The translations under genes and the position numbers were made by a program. DNA of 27,498 bases from Solirubrobacterales bacterium. Its GTDB lineage: Bacteria; Actinomycetota; Thermoleophilia; Solirubrobacterales; 70-9. The notes beneath the pieces are model-generated. The model saw nothing but the letters and a program-made list of their open reading frames with translations. It was not told where the DNA came from and ran no database searches. Where the stretch lies: contig DASUIY010000059.1 of NCBI GenBank assembly GCA_036279555.1, positions 1 through 27,498 on the forward strand, read 5' to 3'. Below, piece by piece: positions 1-7,253 of the stretch; position 1 is the first letter of the stretch, and each line of letters begins with the position of its first letter.

Positions 1-217
1 GACCCTGCACGCCTTCGCCGACCACGGTGAGGTCGGCGACCTCGTCCCGCCCGACGGCGGCGACTGCGAGGAGGTGCTCGCCGAGTTCGCCAAGGCGGGG
101 GTTGACGTCGACGCCCTGGCCGAGCGGCTGCAGCAGGAGGGCAAGGATGCCTTCGTCAAGTCCTGGAACGACATGCTCGAGTCGATCGAGTCCAAGCGCG
201 GGGCGCTCACAGGGTGA
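1..217 (+). CDS. tal: Transaldolase, C-terminal fragment (5' end outside window)
   Basis: Frame from nt 2 reads [71 protein letters not shown], the typical C-terminus of actinobacterial-type transaldolase. The stop overlaps the pgi start (GTGA). Confidence 0.85.
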   Translation, partial: TLHAFADHGEVGDLVPPDGGDCEEVLAEFAKAGVDVDALAERLQQEGKDAFVKSWNDMLESIESKRGALTG

Positions 218-1854
218 GCAGGGGGCCAACCCTTCGCTCCCGTCCTGCCTGGAGGGAGCTGGAGCGCCACTTCTCCGCGATCCGGGATGTCCACCTGCGC
301 GACCTCTTCGCGGAAGACCCCGAGCGCGGTGAGCGGCTCGTCGCCGACGGCGCCGGCCTCCACCTCGACTTCTCCAAGAACCGGATAACCGACGAGACGC
401 TGATGCTGCTCGGCCAGCTCGCCCGCGAGTGCGGCGTGGAGGAGCGCCGCGAAGCGATGTTCGCGGGCGAGCACATCAACGTCTCCGAGGACCGCGCCGT
501 CCTCCACGTCGCCCTGCGCATGCCGCGCGAGCGCTCGCTGATCGTCGACGGCGTCGACGTGGTCAAGCAGGTGCACGAGGTGCTCGACCGCATGGCTGCC
601 TTCGCCGAGCGGGTCCGTTCCGGCGAGTGGACGGGGCACACCGGAAAGCCGATCCGCAACGTCGTCAACGTCGGCATCGGCGGCTCCGACCTCGGCCCGG
701 TGATGGCCTACGAGGCGCTGCGGCACTACTCGCGCCGCGAGTTGGCCTTCCGCTTCGTCTCCAACGTCGACGGCACCGACTTCGCCGAGTCGACCCGCGA
801 CCTCGATCCCGAGGAGACGCTCTTCGTTATCTCCTCCAAGACCTTCACCACGCTGGAGACGATGACCAATGCCCGCACCGCCCGCGAGTGGTCGCTGGCC
901 GGGCTCGGCGGCGAGGAGGCCGCCGTCGCCAGGCACTTCGTCGCCGTCTCGACGAATGCCGAGGAGGTGACGAAGTTCGGCATCGACACCGCGAACATGT
1001 TCGGCTTCTGGGAGTGGGTGGGAGGCCGCTACTCGATGGACTCCGCGATCGGCCTCTCGACCATGCTGGCGATCGGTCCCGCCCGTTTCGCCGAGATGCT
1101 GGCCGGCTTCCACGCGATGGACGAGCACTTCCGCGAGGCGCCGCCGGCGGAGAACCTGCCCGCGTTGATGGGCCTGCTCAGCGTCTGGTACGGCGACTTC
1201 TTCGGTGCCCAGACCTGCGGCGTCTTCCCCTACGACCAGTACCTGCACCGCTTCCCCGCCTACCTGCAGCAGCTGACGATGGAGTCGAACGGCAAGCACG
1301 TCACCCTCGACGATGCCCATGTCGACTACGACACCGGCGCGATCTTCTGGGGCGAGCCGGGGACCAACGGGCAGCACTCCTTCTACCAGCTGATCCACCA
1401 GGGCACGCGGCTGATTCCGTGCGACTTCATCGGCTTCATGCAGTCGAACAACCCGCTGGGCGACCACCACGACCTGCTGATGTCCAACGTCTTCGCCCAG
1501 AGCGAGGCGCTCGCCTTCGGCAAGACGGCCGAGCAGGTGCGCGCCGAGGGCACGCCGGAGGAGGTCGTCCCGCACCGGGTGATGGAGGGCAACCGCCCCT
1601 CCAACACGATCCTCGCCGAGCGCCTCGACCCGCACACCCTCGGCACCCTCGTCGCTCTCTACGAGCACAGCACCTTCACCCAGGGAGCGGTGTGGGGGAT
1701 CGACTCCTTCGACCAGTGGGGGGTCGAGCTGGGCAAGGCCCTGGCGGTGGCGATCGTCCCCGAGCTGCAGGCCGGGGAGGAGCCGGAGCTCGCCCACGAC
1801 AGCTCGACCAACGCGCTGATCCGCCGCTATCGCCAGGCGAGGGCGAAGGGGTAG
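214..1854 (+). CDS. pgi: Glucose-6-phosphate isomerase
   Basis: 546 aa with PGI motifs [61 protein letters not shown]. Confidence 0.97.
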   Translation: MSRGPTLRSRPAWRELERHFSAIRDVHLRDLFAEDPERGERLVADGAGLHLDFSKNRITDETLMLLGQLARECGVEERREAMFAGEHINVSEDRAVLHVALRMPRERSLIVDGVDVVKQVHEVLDRMAAFAERVRSGEWTGHTGKPIRNVVNVGIGGSDLGPVMAYEALRHYSRRELAFRFVSNVDGTDFAESTRDLDPEETLFVISSKTFTTLETMTNARTAREWSLAGLGGEEAAVARHFVAVSTNAEEVTKFGIDTANMFGFWEWVGGRYSMDSAIGLSTMLAIGPARFAEMLAGFHAMDEHFREAPPAENLPALMGLLSVWYGDFFGAQTCGVFPYDQYLHRFPAYLQQLTMESNGKHVTLDDAHVDYDTGAIFWGEPGTNGQHSFYQLIHQGTRLIPCDFIGFMQSNNPLGDHHDLLMSNVFAQSEALAFGKTAEQVRAEGTPEEVVPHRVMEGNRPSNTILAERLDPHTLGTLVALYEHSTFTQGAVWGIDSFDQWGVELGKALAVAIVPELQAGEEPELAHDSSTNALIRRYRQARAKG

Positions 1855-1857
1855 GCC

Positions 1858-3240
1858 ATGCCCCTGCTCGACGCCCTCCCACTTGCGGCGTCGCAGTCCA
1901 ACCTGCTCGCCGCGCGCGAGCTGATGGCCTTCACCCTCGCCTTCCACATCGTTCTCGCCTGCATCGGCGTCGCTCTGCCGGCGATCATCCTCACCGCCAA
2001 CTGGCTTGGGCTGCGGCGCGGTGACGAGGACGCGATGCGGCTGGCGCGGCGCTGGTCGAAGGCGATGGCGGTGACCTTCGCCGTCGGCGCCGTCACCGGC
2101 ACCGTGCTCAGCTTCGAGTTCGGCCTGCTCTGGCCGCGCTTCATGGAACGCTTCGGCGACGCCTTCGGCATCGCCTTCGCGATCGAGGGCATCTTCTTCT
2201 TCGTCGAGGCGATCTTCCTCGCGATCTACATCTACGGCTGGAAGCGGCTCGGCGGCTGGGCCCATTTCTGGTCCGGCGTGCCGATGGTGATCACCGGCAT
2301 CGGCGGCGCCTTCTCGGTGGTCGCAGCCAACGCCTGGATGAACCAGCCGCAGGGGTTCACCCTCGACGCCAGCGGAAAGGTGGTCGGCACCGACCCGCTC
2401 GAGGTCCTCTTCAACCCGGCGACCGGATACGAGGTGCCGCACATGATCCTCGCCGCCTACATGGTGGCCGGCTTCCTCGTTGCCTCGATCTACGCGGTCG
2501 GCATGCTGCGCGGCCGGCGCGACCGCCTGCACCGGCTGGGGATGGCGATCCCGCTGACGATCGCCTGCATCGCCACCCCGATCCAGCTTTTCGTCGGCGA
2601 CACCGCCGCGCGGGCGATCGCCGACCACCAGCCCGCCAAGTTCGCGGCGATGGAGTGCATCCAGGAAACCGGCCCCGACCAGACCGAGTACATCGGCGGC
2701 ATCTGCACCGACGACGGCGTCAAGGGCGCGATCCCGATCCCCGGCCTCGACTCCTTCCTGGTCGGCTTCAGCCGCGACACGGTGGTCACCGGCCTCGACC
2801 AGATCCCCGATGACGAGGAGCCGCCGGCCAACACCCTGCTGCACCTCTCCTTCGACGCGATGGTCGGCATCGGCACCGCGCTGATGGGGCTGGCGGCCTG
2901 GTTCGGCTTCGTCTGGTGGCGGCGCCGCGAGCTGCCCCGCACGCCCTGGTTCCTGCGCGCGGTCGCGGTCTCCGGCGTCGCCTCGGTCGTCGCGCTGTGG
3001 TGCGGCTGGATCGTCACCGAGGTCGGCCGCCAGCCCTGGATCGTGCAGGGCTTCATGCGCACCGAGGAAGCGGTCACCGAGGCGGAGGGGATCTGGTTCG
3101 CCTTCGCCGGCGTCCTCGTCCTCTACGCCGGACTGGGGACGACGGCGATCCTCGTCCTCCACACCCTCTCCCGTCGCTGGCGCGAGGAGGACGACGCCGC
3201 CGAGGGTGACACCCCCTACGCCCCGCCACGCACCCCATGA
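1858..3240 (+). CDS. cydA: Cytochrome bd ubiquinol oxidase subunit I
   Basis: 460 aa multi-TM protein with AFH (b595 His), GTVLSFEFG, ANAWMNQP, PHM (b558 His), QPAKFAAME, TEVGRQPW and GFMRT motifs. Confidence 0.95.
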   Translation: MPLLDALPLAASQSNLLAARELMAFTLAFHIVLACIGVALPAIILTANWLGLRRGDEDAMRLARRWSKAMAVTFAVGAVTGTVLSFEFGLLWPRFMERFGDAFGIAFAIEGIFFFVEAIFLAIYIYGWKRLGGWAHFWSGVPMVITGIGGAFSVVAANAWMNQPQGFTLDASGKVVGTDPLEVLFNPATGYEVPHMILAAYMVAGFLVASIYAVGMLRGRRDRLHRLGMAIPLTIACIATPIQLFVGDTAARAIADHQPAKFAAMECIQETGPDQTEYIGGICTDDGVKGAIPIPGLDSFLVGFSRDTVVTGLDQIPDDEEPPANTLLHLSFDAMVGIGTALMGLAAWFGFVWWRRRELPRTPWFLRAVAVSGVASVVALWCGWIVTEVGRQPWIVQGFMRTEEAVTEAEGIWFAFAGVLVLYAGLGTTAILVLHTLSRRWREEDDAAEGDTPYAPPRTP

Positions 3241-3241
3241 T

Positions 3242-3290
3242 GCCGACGGGCCGATTCCGGACGCTATGCGTCCGTTTTAGTCCCGTCGGC
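3242..3290. repeat. Palindromic element, family 1, asymmetric intergenic copy
   Basis: GCCGACGGG(3242-3250)/CCCGTCGGC(3282-3290) and CGGACGC/GCGTCCG stems around a TAT loop. The first 19 nt are identical to 8902-8920. Confidence 0.85.
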
Positions 3291-3304
3291 GGGGAGGTTG
3301 GGGG

Positions 3305-4306
3305 GTGACGCGGGCAGACGTGTGCGCGGCGATCCTCTGGACGGGGGCGACCCTCTACGCGGTCTTCGGCGGCGCCGACTTCGGCGCCGGCTTCTGGGAC
3401 CTGATCGCGGGCGGCGCGGAGAAGGGGAAGCGCCCGCGGGCGCTGATCGAGCGCTCGCTGACGCCGGTCTGGGAGGCCAACCACGTCTGGCTGATCTTCA
3501 TCCTCGTGGTCCTCTGGACCGCTTTCCCGGAGGCCTTCGGCGCGATCATGTCGACGCTTTACGTGCCGCTCACCCTGGCAGCCTTCGGCATCGTCCTGCG
3601 CGGCGCCGGCTTCGCCTTCCGCGAGTCGATCCGCTCCGTGGAGGCGCAACGGGCGCTGGGCGCCACCTTTGCCATCTCCTCCGTACTCACCCCGTTCTTC
3701 ATGGGCACCGTGGTCGGCGCGATCGCCGACGGCAACGTCCCCGCCGCGGGGAACGGCGACGCCTTCTCCAGCTGGCTGCAGCCGCTGCCGCTGCTCACCG
3801 GCGGCATGTTCGTCGCCAGCGGCGCCTATCTCGCTGCGGTCTTCCTCGTCGCTGACGCGCGCCGCTCGGGCAGCGCCGAGCTCGAGGGCTACTTCTCCCG
3901 ACGCGCTCTTGCGGCGGCCGTCTTCGCGGGGGCGTTCGCCGTTGTCGGCCTCTTCGTCCTCCACGCCGACAGCCGCTACGTCTTCGACCGGCTCGTCGAC
4001 CAGGCCCTGCCGCTGGTCGTCGTCTCCGGCCTCTGCGGCCTCGCCGTGCTGGTCATGCTGCTGCGCGGCACCCGCCGCGGGCTGCGCCCCCTCGCGGTCG
4101 GGGCCTTCGTCACCGTGATCTGGGGCTGGGGCGCCGCCCAGTTCCCCTACCTGCTGCCGACCTCGCTGAAGATCTCCGAGTCCGCCGCGCCTCCGGAGAC
4201 GCTGGGCGCGGTGATCGTCGTCTTCCTCGTCGCCGCGGTCGTCGTCCTGCCGGCCCTCGGCCTGCTCTACTGGCTCTCGCAGAAGGAGCTGCTGAGTGGC
4301 GAGTGA
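3305..4306 (+). CDS. cydB: Cytochrome bd ubiquinol oxidase subunit II
   Basis: 333 aa hydrophobic protein with GADFGAG, PVWEANHVWLI, LRGAGFAFR and QFPYLLP motifs, directly after cydA. Confidence 0.93.
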   Translation: MTRADVCAAILWTGATLYAVFGGADFGAGFWDLIAGGAEKGKRPRALIERSLTPVWEANHVWLIFILVVLWTAFPEAFGAIMSTLYVPLTLAAFGIVLRGAGFAFRESIRSVEAQRALGATFAISSVLTPFFMGTVVGAIADGNVPAAGNGDAFSSWLQPLPLLTGGMFVASGAYLAAVFLVADARRSGSAELEGYFSRRALAAAVFAGAFAVVGLFVLHADSRYVFDRLVDQALPLVVVSGLCGLAVLVMLLRGTRRGLRPLAVGAFVTVIWGWGAAQFPYLLPTSLKISESAAPPETLGAVIVVFLVAAVVVLPALGLLYWLSQKELLSGE

Positions 4307-4979
4307 GCCCAGTGCGGTCCGCGCCGTGCTCTTCGACATCGACGGGACGCTGCTCGTGACCGGCGGCGCCGGCGGCCGCGCCTGGCAGCGCGCCTTCGCG
4401 GAACTGCACGGAGTCGATGCCGACATCGCCGAGCACACCGACGCCGGGATGACCGACCCCGAGATCGCCGCGATCGTCTTCCGCGAGGTGATCGGCCGCG
4501 AGGGCAGCCAGGAAGAGCGCGCGAAGGCGATCGGCTCCTACCTCAAGCACCTGCCGGACACCGTCGCCGAGTCTGAGGGCTATCGGGTCATGCCCGGCAT
4601 CGAGGAGCTGCTCGACCGCCTGATCGACGACGGGCTCCTGCTCGGCCTGGTCACCGGCAACATCGAGGCCGCCGCCCACATCAAGCTCGCCCGCGCTCAC
4701 CTCAACCGCTTCTTCAGCTTCGGCGGTTACGGCTCCGATTCTGCCGACCGCACCGAGGTCACCAAGACGGCCTTGCAGCGCGGCGCCCTGGTCTCCGGCG
4801 GCACCCTCGCCGACGGCATCTGCATCGCCGTCGGCGACACCCCCCGCGACGTCAAGGCCGGCCACGGCGCCGGGATCAAGGTCGTCGGCGTGGCAACCGG
4901 CAGCTACTCGGTCGATCAGCTCGAGCAGGCCGGTGCCGACTGGGCGATCGCGGAAGCCCAGGACGGCTTCCCTGTCTAG
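4296..4979 (+). CDS. HAD-superfamily hydrolase (phosphoglycolate phosphatase-like)
   Basis: Motif I FDIDGT, motif II VTGN, motif IV VGDTPRD. Overlaps the end of cydB. Confidence 0.88.
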   Translation: MASEPSAVRAVLFDIDGTLLVTGGAGGRAWQRAFAELHGVDADIAEHTDAGMTDPEIAAIVFREVIGREGSQEERAKAIGSYLKHLPDTVAESEGYRVMPGIEELLDRLIDDGLLLGLVTGNIEAAAHIKLARAHLNRFFSFGGYGSDSADRTEVTKTALQRGALVSGGTLADGICIAVGDTPRDVKAGHGAGIKVVGVATGSYSVDQLEQAGADWAIAEAQDGFPV

Positions 4980-6184
4980 CCGGGCAACGTGCAGCGCGCT
5001 TGGTAAATCGAGAGGAAGCCGGTTTCGAAGCCTCTGCGCGCCATGCGCAGGTACAGACGCCAGACGCGCACCCGTTCCGGCCCGGCGAGCCTGACCGCGT
5101 CGTCGAGGTTCTCGTCCAACCGCCGTGCCCAGTGGCGCAGGGTCTCGGCGTAGTCGGCGCCGAACTCCTCGACGTGGCGGGTGACGAAGCCGGCTCGCTC
5201 CAGCGCCAGGAGCACCCGCGAGAGGTGCAGCGGTTCGGCGTCGGGGAAGACGTAGCGCTCAGAGAACGGCCCCGCCGCGGGGTCGGTGTGGCGGAGGCGG
5301 GCGATGCCGTGGTTGAGCAGCCGCCCGCCCGGCTCCAGCAGCCGCGCCAGGGTCTGCGCGTAGACGTCGATCTGGGCCTCGCCGACGTGCTCGACCATGC
5401 CGATGCTGGAGATCGCGTCGAAGCGCTCGCCGGCCAGGTCGCGGTAGTCCATCACCCGGATCTCGACCCTGTCGGCTACACCCGCGGCCTCGGCCCGCCG
5501 GCGGGCTCGTTCGGCCTGCGGTGGGGAGAGGGTGATGCCGACGACGCTCGCCCCGTGCCGCGTCGCCGCCCAGAGCGGGAAGCTGCCCCAGCCGCAGCCG
5601 ACGTCGAGCACGCGCTCACCCTCCTTCAGCGCCAGCTTGCGGGCGACCATCTCCAGCTTCTCCTCCTGGGCTTCCTCCAGCGTCTCCGCCCCGCGCGAGA
5701 AGATCGCGCAGCTGTAGGTCGTCGAGTCGTCGAGGAAGAGCGAGAAGAACTCGTTGGAGACGTCGTAGTGGTGGCGGACCGCCTCTGCGTCGCGCTCCTT
5801 GCTGTGCCGGCGCCCGCTGGGCCGCAGCTCCGCCGCCGGCCGGCGCGGCGGCCGGCTCAGCCCCGCCGCCCGCACCGTCGCGAGCAGGAGGCGCGCCTTG
5901 TCGGCGCTCTCCAGCGGCGGCGGCTGCCAGTTGTCGAGCAGCTCGATCACGGAGTCGATGTCGTCGACCTCGAGCGCGCCGCTGACGTAGGCGCGGCCGA
6001 GGCCGAGCTGCCCGGGCGCTCGCAGCGCGTGAGCGGCGGCCTTGGGGGAGCGCACGAAGAAGGTGGGCCCGCCTCCGTTCGTCGCCTCCAAACGCGTCCC
6101 GTCCCAGAACTCCACCGAGAACGGTCGCTTGGGAATGCGAGCCTCGATCTCGCGCCGTAGCGGTGCCGTACTGGAGAGCGGCAT
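4976..6184 (-). CDS. cfa: Cyclopropane-fatty-acyl-phospholipid synthase family SAM methyltransferase
   Basis: HYDVSNEFF, TYSCA, VLDVGCGWG, SIGMVEHVG and YVFPD motifs. Start trimmed from the 723-aa ORF to ATG 6184 (MPLSSTAP), because the upstream extension is antisense to the desaturase. Confidence 0.88.
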   Translation of the reverse strand: MPLSSTAPLRREIEARIPKRPFSVEFWDGTRLEATNGGGPTFFVRSPKAAAHALRAPGQLGLGRAYVSGALEVDDIDSVIELLDNWQPPPLESADKARLLLATVRAAGLSRPPRRPAAELRPSGRRHSKERDAEAVRHHYDVSNEFFSLFLDDSTTYSCAIFSRGAETLEEAQEEKLEMVARKLALKEGERVLDVGCGWGSFPLWAATRHGASVVGITLSPPQAERARRRAEAAGVADRVEIRVMDYRDLAGERFDAISSIGMVEHVGEAQIDVYAQTLARLLEPGGRLLNHGIARLRHTDPAAGPFSERYVFPDAEPLHLSRVLLALERAGFVTRHVEEFGADYAETLRHWARRLDENLDDAVRLAGPERVRVWRLYLRMARRGFETGFLSIYQARCTLPG

Positions 6185-6211
6185 GCCCGAAGCATATGAT
6201 CGGTAGAGCCG

Positions 6212-7141
6212 ATGGCAAGTAGTGGACCCCTCCCATCCGATATCCAGCCGGTCGCCAACGAGACCCGCGACCGCATCATCACCGGCCTGGTGACGCTGGT
6301 CCCGTTCGTCGCGATCGGGCTTGCGGCCTGGCAGGTCTGGGGCCAGGCCCTGCACTGGAGCGACGTCTTCCTCTTCCTCGGGATGTACTTCTTCACCGGG
6401 ATCGGGATAACGGTCGGCTTCCATCGCCACCTCACCCACCGCAGCTTCAAGACGACGAAATGGATGCACGGCCTGCTGGGGATCCTCGGGTCGGCGGCGA
6501 TCGAGGGCCCGGTGATCTCCTGGGTCGCCGACCATCGCAAGCACCACGCCTTCTCCGACGAAGAGGGGGACCCGCACAGCCCCCACGTCGATCATGGCCA
6601 GGGCTGGTCGGGCGCGATGCGCGGCCTCTTCCACGCCCACATGGGCTGGCTCTTCATCCACACCCAGCGCGGCAACAAGGAACGGTTCGCGCCCGACCTG
6701 ATCGAGGACCCGGTGATCAGCTGGGTCGACCGCACCTTTCTGCTCTGGGCGATCGGCGGGCTCCTCCTGCCCTTCGCGCTGGGCTGGGTCATCGGCGGCA
6801 CCCTCTTCGCCGCCTTCACCGGCCTGCTCTGGGGTGGCCTGGTCCGCGTCTTCGTCCTGCACCACTTCACCTACAGCATCAACTCGCTCTGCCATGTCTT
6901 CGGCAAGCGCGACTACGAGACGAGCGACGAGTCGCGCAACCTGGCGCTGATCGCGATCCCGACCTTCGGCGAGGCCTGGCACAACAACCACCACGCCTTC
7001 CCGACCTCCGCCACCCACGGCCTCGGCCGCTGGCAGGTGGACGTCTCGGCGATCGTGATCGACAGCCTCGAGCGCGTCGGCCTCGCCTGGGACGTCGTGC
7101 GAGTGTCCCCCGAGCGTCTCGAAGCCAAGATCGCGGCTTAG
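6212..7141 (+). CDS. Acyl-CoA (delta-9-type) fatty acid desaturase
   Basis: Three His boxes: GFHRHLTH, DHRKHH and WHNNHH, plus TM segments. Confidence 0.93.
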   Translation: MASSGPLPSDIQPVANETRDRIITGLVTLVPFVAIGLAAWQVWGQALHWSDVFLFLGMYFFTGIGITVGFHRHLTHRSFKTTKWMHGLLGILGSAAIEGPVISWVADHRKHHAFSDEEGDPHSPHVDHGQGWSGAMRGLFHAHMGWLFIHTQRGNKERFAPDLIEDPVISWVDRTFLLWAIGGLLLPFALGWVIGGTLFAAFTGLLWGGLVRVFVLHHFTYSINSLCHVFGKRDYETSDESRNLALIAIPTFGEAWHNNHHAFPTSATHGLGRWQVDVSAIVIDSLERVGLAWDVVRVSPERLEAKIAA

Positions 7142-7253
7142 GGCCAATCCCGGCAGGGGTTCCGCTTAACTTTTTCGAAAGGCGGCGACTGCTGGCGCTC
7201 GAACCGCGCTCGCGGAAAAGTACAAGACGCTCCACCCCTGCCGGGATTGGCCT
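7141..7253. mobile_element. MITE-like element, 113 bp, 19-bp perfect terminal inverted repeats, TTA on both sides
   Basis: GGCCAATCCCGGCAGGGGT (7142-7160) is the exact reverse complement of 7234-7252. TTA at 7138-7140 and 7254-7256. No ORF inside. Confidence 0.65.

Noticed and set aside
4976-7147. 723-aa minus ORF read as a desaturase-antisense/Cfa fusion
   Set aside because: The N-terminal 321 aa are simply antisense to the desaturase. Cfa similarity starts at ATG 6184.
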